Assembly: GCA_963765765.1 (NCBI GenBank)
Contig: CAVXYC010000015.1
Span: 320,001 to 384,000 of the forward strand
DNA length: 64,000 nt
Direction of reading: 5' to 3'
Source: an uncultured Chloroflexia bacterium
GTDB taxonomy: Bacteria; Chloroflexota; UBA6077; JACCZL01
The translations under genes and the position numbers were made by a program. Of the stretch, positions 30,031 to 40,687 are shown piece after piece. How positions within the stretch are numbered: position 1 is the stretch's first letter; every line of letters starts with the position of its first letter. Under the pieces are notes generated by a model. That model saw nothing but the letters and a program-made list of their open reading frames with translations. It ran no database searches and was not told where the DNA came from.

Positions 30031-30921
30031 CTACTCCCAGCGCACGTTCTTGGTGAAGTCATACGAGAGCGAGATGTCTGACTGCATGCGCCAGATTGCT
30101 CGGTCCTTCGGGTAATTACCGCGGGCGACATGCTCCAGAAACGTCAGGATCCGTGACCACGCATGCTCAGATTGTTGCGGGCGATAACGACCGGGCATCG
30201 TATCGTTCAGCCAACCGTGAGGCATATCTCGGTAGACGAGAAACTCGTAGCTCTTCCGCTTCTCCTCCAGCACGTTTCGCAAATGGCGCACATCGTCCAA
30301 CGAGACCACATTATCAGCTTCACCCCAGACGCCCAGAACGGGCGCTGTGAGTCGTTCCAGAATCGATTCATACCGCTCTGACCGGTTCTCGTTGATCTGC
30401 CACTCACGAGCCTGGGCACCGCCGTAAAAGACGACGTTGGCGTAGATTTCGGACCGGACGCTGTTGAGCACCAGGGGATAAGCGCCGCTCTGGCAAACAC
30501 CCATCGCGGCGATCCGATCCGACATCACCCGTGAATCAGCAAGCAGAAAATCCAGACTCGCGCCCATGTAGTCTCGAATGTTAGCGTCGGAGATTGGAAC
30601 CGAAATGTCTCCGCGATTTAATGCGGCCTTATCACCGTCCCATCGCGAGAACAGATCAGGTGCGATGCCGACTATTCCGTAGCGGGCGAATTTCGCCGTG
30701 AGATCCAGGGTGTGTTGAACGAGGCCGTAACGCTCATGTCCCAGGATGACCGCTGGAAATGGACCGTTGCCTGATTCTGGAACCGCAAGGAATGCGCTCA
30801 CGCGATTACCGAAGGTGACCGTCTCCGTACGTGCGCCGGGGAATTGAGTGAAATGGAGTGCTCCTTGACGCATTGGTACGACAGGCGTCTCCAGCTGTCG
30901 AGTCCATTCAGAGTGGGCCAC
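30031..30921 (-). CDS. Dienelactone hydrolase family protein
   Basis: HERYGL, IAPDLF, nucleophile GVCQSG, GEAD, PHGW. Confidence 0.88.
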   Translation of the reverse strand: MAHSEWTRQLETPVVPMRQGALHFTQFPGARTETVTFGNRVSAFLAVPESGNGPFPAVILGHERYGLVQHTLDLTAKFARYGIVGIAPDLFSRWDGDKAALNRGDISVPISDANIRDYMGASLDFLLADSRVMSDRIAAMGVCQSGAYPLVLNSVRSEIYANVVFYGGAQAREWQINENRSERYESILERLTAPVLGVWGEADNVVSLDDVRHLRNVLEEKRKSYEFLVYRDMPHGWLNDTMPGRYRPQQSEHAWSRILTFLEHVARGNYPKDRAIWRMQSDISLSYDFTKNVRWE

Positions 30922-30954
30922 ACGACAGTCGGAGACCGACCCTCGCGGAAGTTA

Positions 30955-32685
30955 TTAGTACAGTCGCGCCAGGCCGGTGCGCTTGCGGATGAACAGTGCC
31001 ACTGCCAGCGCAACCATGCTGATTGCCATGAGAATGAGGCCAGCTACGAGCGCCCGCTCTGGGTTGGACCCCGACCAGTTCTCCCAGATCATGCTTGCCA
31101 AAACGCGACTGTCCGGCCCGTAAAAGAACAGGATCAACGATAAATTTCGGCTGGCTACCAGGAAGAGCAGGACGAAAGAGGTGAGCAGGGTCGGCGCCAG
31201 CAGCGGCAGCAAGATCCGCACGAACGTTCGCGTCCAGTTCGATCCAGCTACCCAGGAGGCCTCTTCGAGCGAGGCAGCAATCTGATGCATCGCTCCGTTG
31301 GAGATTCGCGCGCCAAGCGGGATACCGTTCACGATTAGCACGATCGCCAGGATCCACACCGTGCCGAGCAACGGTCGGAAGATGTCAGGGCCGACGTACG
31401 TCCACAGGAAGGCAATGGCCAGCACCGGAGCCGGCGCTACACGCGGCGCCCAGGTGATGAACTCCAGCAGTCGCCCACCCTTGAACCTCGTTCGGACGAT
31501 GACATATGCGGTGAGCGCACACAGCGCGGTGCCGCCCAATCCCACCAGGACGCCCAGGACGATGGTGTTAGTGATGGCTGACATCAATCGGGGATCGCCA
31601 AGCGAGACCTCCCAGTGTTTTAAAGTGAATGCGTTAGGGCCCCAGAGCCCCCAGCCCTTCATGAATGTGCCCATGACCAGAATGATGAACGGCAGGACGG
31701 TTGCAATAACGAAGTAAAGGAGGCAGATCGTGAAGGTGACCCAGCGCCATGGTCCCAGAGGAGTGACACGAGTGGAATAGGTAGTACCGGAGACGGTTGT
31801 GAACGATTTTCCGCGAGCCATGCGCATCTGAAGCCAGATCACACCAACTACGGCAAGCAAGAACACCGAGCTCAGCGCTGTGCCGAGCGGCAGGTCGGAA
31901 GGATATTGCTCCGCCAGTACAAAGATGCGAGTCGAGAGGACGTAGACCTGCGCTGGCGTTCCCAGGATGAGCTCAGTCTCGAATGACTCGAGCGCGATGA
32001 TGAATGTATAGAACGCGGCGCCCAGGATGGCAGGGAGCACCAGCGGAACGGTGATGTCCTTCAGGATCCTGAGATTGCTTGCGCCCGTGATCTTGGCCGA
32101 GTCCTCTAGCGTGGCGTCCATCGATTGGAACGCCGGCATCACCAGCAGAAAGATGAACGCGGCGAACTGGAGCGTCGAGATGAATACGATGCCCCAGTAC
32201 GACGTGATGTTGAACAGCGGCTCGCGGATCAGGCCCAGGTCTTGAAGGGCGCTGTTCAGTAAACCCGACTTCCCGGCAATGAGAATCCAAGCCACGATCA
32301 TGGGCAATGGCGGCGTGAAGAACTTGATCCAGATGAGGATCTCGATCAACCTGCGGCCGGGGGTATCCGTGCGGGTCACCACCCACGCCAGAAAGATTCC
32401 GATAACCAGGGCGATCGCCACTCGTAGCGCGGCCAGGCTGACGGTGGTCCACAGCAGCTCGTATGTCGTCGGGTTGGTGAACGCGCGCACGTAGTTGTTG
32501 ATCGTGAAGACGGCGTCGGCCTCAGGGCCTGACTTGAAGCTGGAGACAAAGAGCTGGATGAGCGGGTAGATGGCCAGCCAGGCGAGTGCGGCTGTCAGCA
32601 GCCACGCGGGCCACCAGGCGCGCAAAACCTCGGGAATGACCGGTCGGGACTTCGGCTCCGACGCTGGGACGGCAATGCTACTCAT
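30955..32685 (-). CDS. Fe3+/thiamine-type ABC transporter permease (two fused domains)
   Basis: About 12 TM helices; two EAA-like loops (LEDSAKITGA, LEEASWVAGS). Confidence 0.9.
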   Translation of the reverse strand: MSSIAVPASEPKSRPVIPEVLRAWWPAWLLTAALAWLAIYPLIQLFVSSFKSGPEADAVFTINNYVRAFTNPTTYELLWTTVSLAALRVAIALVIGIFLAWVVTRTDTPGRRLIEILIWIKFFTPPLPMIVAWILIAGKSGLLNSALQDLGLIREPLFNITSYWGIVFISTLQFAAFIFLLVMPAFQSMDATLEDSAKITGASNLRILKDITVPLVLPAILGAAFYTFIIALESFETELILGTPAQVYVLSTRIFVLAEQYPSDLPLGTALSSVFLLAVVGVIWLQMRMARGKSFTTVSGTTYSTRVTPLGPWRWVTFTICLLYFVIATVLPFIILVMGTFMKGWGLWGPNAFTLKHWEVSLGDPRLMSAITNTIVLGVLVGLGGTALCALTAYVIVRTRFKGGRLLEFITWAPRVAPAPVLAIAFLWTYVGPDIFRPLLGTVWILAIVLIVNGIPLGARISNGAMHQIAASLEEASWVAGSNWTRTFVRILLPLLAPTLLTSFVLLFLVASRNLSLILFFYGPDSRVLASMIWENWSGSNPERALVAGLILMAISMVALAVALFIRKRTGLARLY

Positions 32686-32768
32686 GAGTCACACGACGGA
32701 CGGTGGACAACGAAAGATGGACGGCTGAGTGCCGTCGTCTCTCGCCCGACGTCCGTCGTCCATCCGCC

Positions 32769-34107
32769 TCAGTTGTCCCTAAGCGGAATCGCCTTCTGCG
32801 GTCCGCCATTCTTGGCTTCCCATTCCTTGACGGAGGCGTCCACGAGTCCGATGAACTCTTCCTTGCCAATGGCGCCATTGACCAGACGGGTCCAGAAATC
32901 CAGCGCGGCAAGATCTGTATTCAGGTCGGCCTGCGGTCCCGAGACGATGAAGGTGCCCGCCTTATCCGTGCCGCCAACGAGCTCCGGCTTGGACAGAGCT
33001 TCCGGGAAGTTGGTCCGGCACATCGGTGCGGAGGCTCATGGTCTTGCGCGTCTTGACCATGTACTCGTGGCCTTCCTTACTCATGATCCAGTTGGCCAGC
33101 ACCAGGGCCGCGTTGGGATGCCGCGCATTGTTGAAGATGACCATTCCGTTGATGTTGGTCACCGCCGGGTAGCCGGAGAAGCGCAACACCTTGATCGGGG
33201 CGCCGGCTTCAGCGGCCGTCTCGAACCCGGCCAGCCCCATGGCAATCGCGGCTTCGCCGCGTGAGACCGCGTCAGCCTCGGGCTGCGGATTGGGATACAG
33301 GAGCGGCTGCTGGTTGGCGTAGATGTTCCATATCGCCTCGGGTGTGAGGCCGCCACCCGTATAGCCCCAGAAGATGTACTTGCTAGGGACGTCGCCGGTG
33401 GTCTTTGGGTCCACCCATGCGATCTTGCCTTTGTACTTGGGCTCAGTAGATAGGTGCATGTAACTGGTTGGATAGTCCGCGGCGGGGAGCAAGCGCGTGT
33501 TCACCATTACATGGCCGCCCGGGTAGGACGGGTAATTAATCATGTACGCGCCGCCGCTGCTCATCGCTAGCGGCTCCACCCGCCAATTGGCGGCGGGCTC
33601 CTTGAAGATAGGCAACGGCTTGTCCTTGAGGACCATGTTTAGGCCGTCTCGCTCCATGATTCCTGGGAAGGGAGGCGACCCGAGGAACATGTCCGCGGTT
33701 GGGACGTTCGCCCGCATCTCCTCGCGGATCCGCTGGTACGAGCCGCTACCGCCCGAGATCTCGACCAGGTCGATCTTGACGCCGGTGGCCTTCTGAAACT
33801 CCTGGGCGATCTGCTGGCCCTCAGCGCCACGCAAGAATCCCTGGCCGTAGACCAGCACCGAGCCCTCTTGCTTGGCAGCGTCCAGGATCTTCTGCCATTC
33901 CGGGTCCACCCCGGCCGGCGCGGCGGCGGGCTTGGCCGCGGTGTCGGGGGCGGCTGCTTTGGGGGCCGCGTCCTTGGGAGCAGCGGGTGCGGCTTCCTTC
34001 GGCGCCGCAGGGGCGCTGGTTGGCGGCGCCGCGGCGCCGCCCGCGCAGGCTGTCAGAAGCATGCCCGCGGTGAGCATGGAGATAACTGTCCAGGTCCGTC
34101 GATACAT
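32769..34107 (-). CDS. ABC transporter substrate-binding lipoprotein, frameshift near 33010
   Basis: Lipobox LTAC, Pro/Ala/Lys linker, WQKILDAAKQEG, ARHPNAALV; C-terminus continues in ORF 32769..33023. Confidence 0.85.
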
Positions 34108-34170
34108 GGGCGTACTCCTCCGTATTCCGGTGGCGCGGGTCCTCCATCTTGAAGCCCTGGGTGTACTACG

Positions 34171-35202
34171 CTACTTCAACCCATACAGCCGACTGGGATT
34201 GTCTCCCAGAATCTTGCTCGCAACGTTGGAGCTCACTCCCGGCAGGTCCTTCAGGCGCTGTAGTGCCTCCAGCTCACTCGACGTGTCCGCGTGCCCGTAG
34301 TCTGTTCCCATCATCAGTCCGTCATCGCCCGCGTAGCGCAGCACGTACTCCACATCGTCGTCCGTCTGGCACGCCACGACAAAGCGATTCTCCCGCAGTA
34401 CGTTGGACTTGTCCACCATTACACCGCGCTTCTCCTGGCGGCGAGCGTAGTCGTGCACCGCGTACGGTACCCACTGGGAGCTGAGCTCGACGAATCCGAA
34501 GCGCAGCTTCGGGAAATTGCTGTCGGCACTTTCTGCATGAGCAGACTGTGGAATGCCACGATGCCGGGAACTTTGAATCGCCACAGTCCCACTGTCGCTC
34601 GGGAACATGTCGTGGTGCGTGAATTTGCCTGTGGCCGCATGGACGCAGATTGGCAGATCCAGCGCCTCAGCCGCCTCATAGAGCGGGAAGAAATACGGGT
34701 CGCTGATGACTCGGTCCACGTCCATACCGCGCATGAACACTGCGCAGGCGCCGTTGGACTTTCCGAACTGAAGCTCCTCCAGCGCTTTGTCCATCGAGCG
34801 AAGTGGGAGTACCACCGCCCAGCGCATCCGCTCGGGCGCCTGCTTCCAGGCGTCTGCTAGCCAGCGGTTGTAGCTCTGGCATAGCGCCAGCTCACCGGCT
34901 GGATCGTCAGTGATCGGTCGAAGAAATATCGTCGGGTAGAGGACATGAATGTCCGTCCCGAGCTCGTCCATGTGCTTGATCCGCGCCGGCACGTCATCCA
35001 GCTCGCGGATCGCCTGGACCGTCTCCTCCACTGCCACCGGTCCGCCGAATACTGCTTTCCCGTCGACTTCCCAGTGTGTGGCGCTGGTGATGCCCTGATG
35101 ATTGACGAGTCGCTTGGGTCGGAACCGATCCTCGACGCCGTCCATGTATGACCAGGTACGCTCCGTTTCGACGACATGTGCGTCGGCGTCGATAACAGTC
35201 AC
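34171..35202 (-). CDS. Amidohydrolase_2 family protein; two compensating indels near 34530-34590
   Basis: GGAGG RBS before GTG 35202; IDADAHV, YNRWLAD, PICVH, GTDYGH. The segment LWRFKVPGIVAFHSLLMQKVP lies in another frame. Confidence 0.88.
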   Translation of the reverse strand: MTVIDADAHVVETERTWSYMDGVEDRFRPKRLVNHQGITSATHWEVDGKAVFGGPVAVEETVQAIRELDDVPARIKHMDELGTDIHVLYPTIFLRPITDDPAGELALCQSYNRWLADAWKQAPERMRWAVVLPLRSMDKALEELQFGKSNGACAVFMRGMDVDRVISDPYFFPLYEAAEALDLPICVHAATGKFTHHDMFPSDSGTVAIQSSRHRGIPQSAHAESADSNFPKLRFGFVELSSQWVPYAVHDYARRQEKRGVMVDKSNVLRENRFVVACQTDDDVEYVLRYAGDDGLMMGTDYGHADTSSELEALQRLKDLPGVSSNVASKILGDNPSRLYGLK

Positions 35203-35230
35203 GGAAACCTCCAAAGCGCGAACTGAATCG

Positions 35231-35258
35231 ACTATAGGTTCGGGGGCTCGGCCGTCAA
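35231..35258 (-). promoter_or_regulatory. Sigma70-type promoter of the amidohydrolase operon
   Basis: TTGACG-16 bp-TATAGT, ~30 nt upstream of the start. Confidence 0.6.
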
Positions 35259-35349
35259 TGGGAAGCGAGAGATGCGGAGTCAAGGGGGATGTGCTGGGCA
35301 GCCGCAGGGTGCCGGACATAGCCTGGTGAAGTTCTGAAACCAAGCGGGC

Positions 35350-35383
35350 AAACAAAGGGCTTGTCCAATTGCGGACAAGCCCT
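35350..35383 (-). terminator. Intrinsic terminator
   Basis: AGGGCTTGTCC-GCAATT-GGACAAGCCCT followed by TTGTTT on the minus strand. Confidence 0.8.
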
Positions 35384-35536
35384 CAGTCATTCCTATCCAG
35401 TTCCTCAGGTTCGCGCGCGAAGTAGTCCGGAAGTGGACCTGTGCTTTCTAAGTCGTCACCGCCCCGCGGGCGTGACCAGCAGCCCGGCGGACCCTGAGGG
35501 GTGATTCCTGGCTCCACGTCCCTGGAACGCGGAGCC

Positions 35537-35587
35537 TTACCAATCCACCTGGAATCGAAGTTCGAGGACGTTCAACTTGATGTGCAT
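35537..35587 (-). CDS. Candidate 16-aa peptide MHIKLNVLELRFQVDW
   Basis: AAAGGGAGGG-CCG-ATG ribosome binding site; TAA stop. Confidence 0.4.
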   Translation of the reverse strand: MHIKLNVLELRFQVDW

Positions 35588-35850
35588 CGGCCCTCCCTTT
35601 TGTCCGGTCTTGAGGTAGCTTAGGTACCTTCGCCACCCCTTTCCTATACCACATCAGCGACATGTCCGCAAGATGAAATCGCGGAAACGCGGAAAGCGTC
35701 GATTATCGTCAGAGAGCAACTTGTTGTAATTTCCGAAGCCCGAGTCTTGTGCCGGATTGCCACCCGTCAACTCTTTCGAGAGAGCCCAGTCCATCAGGGC
35801 TTCCCTGTTAGACACGAGCTCGCATGGCATGCTACGCACCTGACTCGGAC

Positions 35851-36780
35851 TTACTGGCTCCACCAGCGCAGCACGCCCGTGATGTTGCCTGCAAGGCCGC
35901 CTGGAAAGCTGGCCCACGTTCCGTACGTGGGCTGTAAAGCTGTACGGACTGAATTCACCATCTCCTCGGAATTATCCGCTAGTCCGGCGGCCTGAGCTTC
36001 CCGCACCGCCGCCATCAAGTCGATGTAATACTGGCGGTGGTCAGCGAGATCCTGCCGATTGCCCATGATGTTCGCGGCAGGACCGTGCCCTGAGAGGTAG
36101 GTATCGAAGTCGAACGTCTTGTCTACCCAGTCCAGCCACTCCACCATGCGCTCCGGTGAGGCTCCCTGGAGCTGCCCGAATGCGATCGTGCGAACGCGGC
36201 CCTGGTCCACTGTCATGATGAGCTTCTGAGCGGGGTAGGCGAAGATCAGATAATCATCTTGCGCTGTCGTCGCGGAGGGATGCAGCTCAAAGTGCTTTCC
36301 GCCGACATCCAGCGGGATCATCCGGTCCGTGACAACTGTTGGGACGGGGGTGGTGGGATCGTTGCGGGCCTCGATCCTGGGCTTCGCGAGGGTGTGGCCG
36401 ATGAATGTGGCGGTGTCGGAAAAGACGGCTCCGCCGTTGGCATGGTCGGCGTTGGAGTGGCTGTAAATCATCCACCTCACCGGCTGATCGGTGACGGAGG
36501 CGATGGCCCCCTTGAGTGCGACCGGAGCTTGCGGATTTCCGCCGCCGCCAATGGGATCAACGAGCACCACGCCCTCATCGGTGGGCACGAATAGCGCCAC
36601 ATGATTCAGGTAACGGAATGCGTATACGTCGTCACGCACGCGAACGAGCTCGGCTACCGATTGTGGCAGCGTCTGCTGGGCAATGGCTGGGCTGGCTCCG
36701 TAGGCGATCAGCATCCAGAGCGCGATGGCGGCGCCAACGCCAAGAACACGGGCAAGCACATGCATCTCGAGAACCTCCAA
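35851..36780 (-). CDS. Secreted MBL-fold metallo-hydrolase
   Basis: Signal peptide; VVLVD, SHSNADHANG, LSGHG. Confidence 0.85.
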   Translation of the reverse strand: MEVLEMHVLARVLGVGAAIALWMLIAYGASPAIAQQTLPQSVAELVRVRDDVYAFRYLNHVALFVPTDEGVVLVDPIGGGGNPQAPVALKGAIASVTDQPVRWMIYSHSNADHANGGAVFSDTATFIGHTLAKPRIEARNDPTTPVPTVVTDRMIPLDVGGKHFELHPSATTAQDDYLIFAYPAQKLIMTVDQGRVRTIAFGQLQGASPERMVEWLDWVDKTFDFDTYLSGHGPAANIMGNRQDLADHRQYYIDLMAAVREAQAAGLADNSEEMVNSVRTALQPTYGTWASFPGGLAGNITGVLRWWSQ

Positions 36781-36990
36781 GTCTATCCATCAAAAATCCT
36801 AACAGGCCCACCATAAGCGGGACGATGAATTGGTCGAGTGGCAAATCGTCAACCGTCCGGCGGATTTCGCGGTAACGATTGAGGCTGCTGTGGGTCTTTA
36901 GATGGCCGCTAGGAGGAGTAATGGCGCTGCCGGGAGGCAGCGCCATTACGTTGGTGTGGAGCTACGAACCGTTGAGGGTCAACGGCCTGC

Positions 36991-38259
36991 CTACTTCAGC
37001 ACCTCAGTTATCAGCTCGCGAGTTTTGTCGATCTCGGGAATGAGGTTCTCGGCGTCGATCTGCACGTACTTCTTGCCCTGTTCGGGCTGGCGCTCCTCGG
37101 CACCTGCCGGGACGTCCACGCGGCGGCTGTTGGTTTGTAGCTCTTTAGACCAGACGGTTTGCCCATCCTTAGTCAGGAGCCAGTTGATGAAGAGCTTTGC
37201 TGCGTTGGGGTGGGGCGCCTTATCGACGAGCCAGATGTTGGTACCCGAGACGTACGTCCACTCTTCATTGTTGTCGATAGCCTGAAGCTCTTTGCCGATG
37301 CCCTGTGCCTGAAAGTCCACGATGATCTGCTCGTCCACAGCGCCGATGCCAATTGAGTAGCGCCCGCGTGCCATCATCTCGGTCATTTGGCGCGCGTCAG
37401 AGCCGATGAAGGGCTCCTGATCTGAAAGGAGCTTCCGAATAATCGGATCCGCGGCGTCACCGCCAAGGTTGGCGCGCAGGGTGGTCATGGGCCAGTAACC
37501 GCGGCCCTCGGTGCGAGGGTCTGCGATCATAATTTTGCCCTTGTATTTCGGGTCGACGACATCGCGGAAGCTCTTGATCTCGCCCTCGGCAATCTGGCCC
37601 GTGTGTACCCACAGTGAGCGTGCCTTGTCATTGCAGAAAGCGTAAGCCCATTTCTTATCGATGTCGGGCCAACCAGCATCAAATCCGCCCTCCCATACTT
37701 TGTCGTCCAGCACGTCCGGACGATTAATAGCGGGGCGCACCGGCTCCCAGACGCCGGACGGGCGAAGAACGGTAAGCGCCGTGGTTGTGGGAACCTGGGC
37801 GATGTCGTAGTTGAAGATATTCCCCTGGCGCTCCTGTCGTACGCGCGCAGCGAAATCGCTGCCGCGCAGCGCGGTGTGCTCCACGGTTACTCCGGGGAAG
37901 GCTTCCTGGAACAGGTCCATCACTCGACGATAGGCGGAGCCGACCCCCGTAACAGCGGCCAGTGTCCCTTCCCTCTTCGCCGCGGCGACCAGTTGATCCC
38001 AATCAGCGCCGGCCGGCGATGCATCAGTGGGCTTGGCTTCCGCTGCCTTGGGCTCGCCTGCTTTGGCGGCTGGTGCAGTTGTTGGCGGTGCCGCGGGTGG
38101 GGCTGCCGGCGGCGCGGCAGCAGGCTTCGCTGTCGGCGATGCAGCCTGCGGAGCTCCACAAGCAGTGAGCAGCGCGGCGGCGCCTACGACAGAGAATCCG
38201 CGCAGAAATCCTCTCCGCGAGACGGGTTTTCGTTCGAGATTCGTCATTGATCCCCTCAA
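36991..38259 (-). CDS. ABC transporter substrate-binding lipoprotein with Tat signal
   Basis: SRRGFL, LTAC lipobox, Pro/Ala linker, AAAKREG, APHPNAAKLFINW. Confidence 0.9.
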   Translation of the reverse strand: MRGSMTNLERKPVSRRGFLRGFSVVGAAALLTACGAPQAASPTAKPAAAPPAAPPAAPPTTAPAAKAGEPKAAEAKPTDASPAGADWDQLVAAAKREGTLAAVTGVGSAYRRVMDLFQEAFPGVTVEHTALRGSDFAARVRQERQGNIFNYDIAQVPTTTALTVLRPSGVWEPVRPAINRPDVLDDKVWEGGFDAGWPDIDKKWAYAFCNDKARSLWVHTGQIAEGEIKSFRDVVDPKYKGKIMIADPRTEGRGYWPMTTLRANLGGDAADPIIRKLLSDQEPFIGSDARQMTEMMARGRYSIGIGAVDEQIIVDFQAQGIGKELQAIDNNEEWTYVSGTNIWLVDKAPHPNAAKLFINWLLTKDGQTVWSKELQTNSRRVDVPAGAEERQPEQGKKYVQIDAENLIPEIDKTRELITEVLK

Positions 38260-38339
38260 TTATCGCCGTTGACCGTATTGCAGCTGACAAGCTTCGAGTA
38301 TTTAGCACGAATGACCGATCCGCAAGCATTGGACGCTGC

Positions 38340-39569
38340 TCAGGTTGTCGCTCCCGGCGTGGGGACAACGGATTTCCGCGATGCTCGGGAATACGTTTCA
38401 GTGCCAAACGCCCAGGTAAGCAGGGCACTCACTCCCATGATGATGGCTACGATCGTGAATGTCGGTCCAAACCCCATGGCGTCCGCCATGAGTCCAATCG
38501 ATATCGGCGCAATGATGGATCCGGCATTTTGAAGCAGTGACCACACGCCGATAAATGCGCCACGATTCTCCTCGGGCGCGAGGTCAATTGCGTAGGTCTG
38601 TGATGAGCTCGCCGCCATGCCTTCCCCCACGCCATAAACAAGCACCATCAGCACAACGCCCCAGTATCCGGTGGATAAACCGAGCAGATAGCATGAGAGG
38701 CCCAGAATCATCAGGCCGGGAACCATTGAAGCCTTCCGCCCAAATTGATCGACCAGCCAACCGTTAGGGAACGAGATGATGAGCGAAGTGATTCCGGCGA
38801 GCGTCATCATCAGACCAATGTCGTTCGCCGGTAGCCCAACGAAATCCTGACTGAAGACTGGAAAGAGCGCCTGAAAGACTCCCTGCTGCATGGAGCTGAT
38901 GGCGATGGTCGCGAAGGCCACAGTGATGAATGGCTTGTTCAAGAACAAGCCGGGGTCGAGCTTCGCCTTGGCAACGAGCTGGCCGTCTGCATGCCGTTTG
39001 GGCTCCGGCCGCGTCTCACGCATCATCCACAGGAGAATGATCAGCATGACGATCTTGGTGACGAAATTGAAGAGGAAGATGGATCGCAACCCGAACATCA
39101 CGGCGAGCAGCGCGCCGATGGCCGGACCAAGGATGGTGCCGAGCTTGATCGAGAAGCTCCGCGTCGCGACAACCATGCCGCGATTGTCTTTGTCGCTGAC
39201 GTCGCCGATCAAGATGTTGGCCCCGGTGGCCCAGATGGCGACGCCGATTCCGCCGATGAATTCGAGGACGAGAAACTCGAGATAGCTCTCGGTGAAAAAT
39301 TCCCAAAGAGCTGTGACGCCTCGCAGGACCACGCCGATGATGAGCACCGGACGTCGCCCCCAGCGATCCATCGCCCATCCCGTGATAGGAGCGGACACAA
39401 GTCTCGCTACCGAGTTGGATGAGGTGATCAAGGAAACGAGAAATACCGGAACGCCAAACGATGCGGCGAAGAGGGGTCTCGCGAGCTGGATTGCCCCGGT
39501 GCCGACGCTCCAGAGGAAAAAGTTCGAGAATATCGGCAGGCCTTGACGGCCAATGATGTTGGGGCCCAA
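38340..39569 (-). CDS. MFS transporter
   Basis: About 12 TM helices; GWAMDRWGRR and GWLVDQFGRK motifs. Confidence 0.92.
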   Translation of the reverse strand: MGPNIIGRQGLPIFSNFFLWSVGTGAIQLARPLFAASFGVPVFLVSLITSSNSVARLVSAPITGWAMDRWGRRPVLIIGVVLRGVTALWEFFTESYLEFLVLEFIGGIGVAIWATGANILIGDVSDKDNRGMVVATRSFSIKLGTILGPAIGALLAVMFGLRSIFLFNFVTKIVMLIILLWMMRETRPEPKRHADGQLVAKAKLDPGLFLNKPFITVAFATIAISSMQQGVFQALFPVFSQDFVGLPANDIGLMMTLAGITSLIISFPNGWLVDQFGRKASMVPGLMILGLSCYLLGLSTGYWGVVLMVLVYGVGEGMAASSSQTYAIDLAPEENRGAFIGVWSLLQNAGSIIAPISIGLMADAMGFGPTFTIVAIIMGVSALLTWAFGTETYSRASRKSVVPTPGATT

Positions 39570-39628
39570 CGATCACCTCGAAGAGAAGCTCCGCGGCGGA
39601 CGTCGGGAGCATTCCGCTGAGCCTCGGC

Positions 39629-40466
39629 TCAACCCCAGCAGAGTACACCCGAAACGGTTCGGTCCTCAACGCGGCGGGCTCTGGCGAGTTGCGCTTTGTA
39701 GGTATCTGGACGGTGCGAGCTGGACAACCCGTGTTCTGCGCTCATGGCGAGTGGCTCGTCCTCGATAGGTGGCATCTCGGCTATCAGACGACCATGGCCG
39801 ACTGTACCCTCAGTAATGCCCACCTTTGGAACCGAGCGCCAGATGGTCGCCTGATTTGTCGTAATGACAAGCTGTCCCTGTTAGGCGCTCGATCTCCGCG
39901 GCGGCTTCCATTGCCCGCCACGCCGAGCTTGAAAGTACTATCGCGTCTGCCTCATCCGGACAGATAGAGGACACGAGTTTCACAATCTCAGACGGTTCCT
40001 GCAGGTTCGCGTCCTCGAGGCTATTCTGAGTCATCCGGGGATCGCCAAACGCGCCAACCATTTCAAACCGAAAGTTTGCGAAGTATTCCCAGAGTCAGGC
40101 GTTGACATGATCGCCGTATGGCGTGCGGATTGCGACACGTTGAGTGCCGTAGTGGCGGAGCGCCTGGACGACAGACGGGGAGCTTGCTACTGCCGGAATG
40201 TCAAAGATCCGGGCGAACTGGTCTTCACTGGCTGCATTGCCCTTGCGCCAGCGCCAGTACGCCCAGCTTCATTGGTGTCAGGAAGCGGGTGGCATGAAGA
40301 AATTCGTCTCCAGCTTCTCCGTGCGCGCGGGACGTCGCGGATCGATGTCAGACCAGAGGTGGAGCTGTGTACTGTTACGGAGCGTGGAACCGCGTTGGCG
40401 GAAGTTCGGTTCCACCGTGGAATTGTTGGACGGGACGAGCAGTCGTATCCGTTTTCGCTCCGACAT
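39629..40466 (-). pseudogene. Degenerate maleate cis-trans isomerase / Asp-Glu racemase family gene
   Basis: MSERKRIRLLVPSNNSTVEPNF; IATPY; ADAIVLSSSAWRA...IERLTG/VITTNQATIW; several frameshifts, a stop codon and loss of the catalytic SC. Confidence 0.7.
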
Positions 40467-40687
40467 ATTATCCCCCGCTCGGGCATTGACGCGTGACGCG
40501 TCCTGGACTCGAACACATCCGGTCTGAAAACGAGACCGTGATGGCAGTCTGCACCAGTCTTGAGTTGATCGTCGGCCACCAGTCCGCGGAGTTGCAGCGT
40601 GCATGCGGGCGATACTTTTTGGAGCGGGCGTGTACCTGGGTGGACTAGCAAATGACGGCTGGCCGGCTGCCTGGGCCTCTGCTTCGG

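Larger units (their letters stand above)
35350..35636 (-). ncRNA. Candidate ~290-nt structured RNA or small-ORF mRNA of unknown family
   Basis: Bounded by promoter TTGCGG-17-TATAGG (with TG extension) and the terminator; contains several hairpins and a 16-codon ORF. Confidence 0.45.

Noticed and set aside
35403-35500. 6S RNA (GTTCGC...GCGGAC closing stem)
   Set aside because: The enclosed region is only ~100 nt versus ~180 nt expected, and the promoter and terminator point to the opposite strand.
40095-40097. In-frame TGA in the maleate-isomerase-like gene as selenocysteine
   Set aside because: Not at a conserved Cys position, and the gene has several other lesions.
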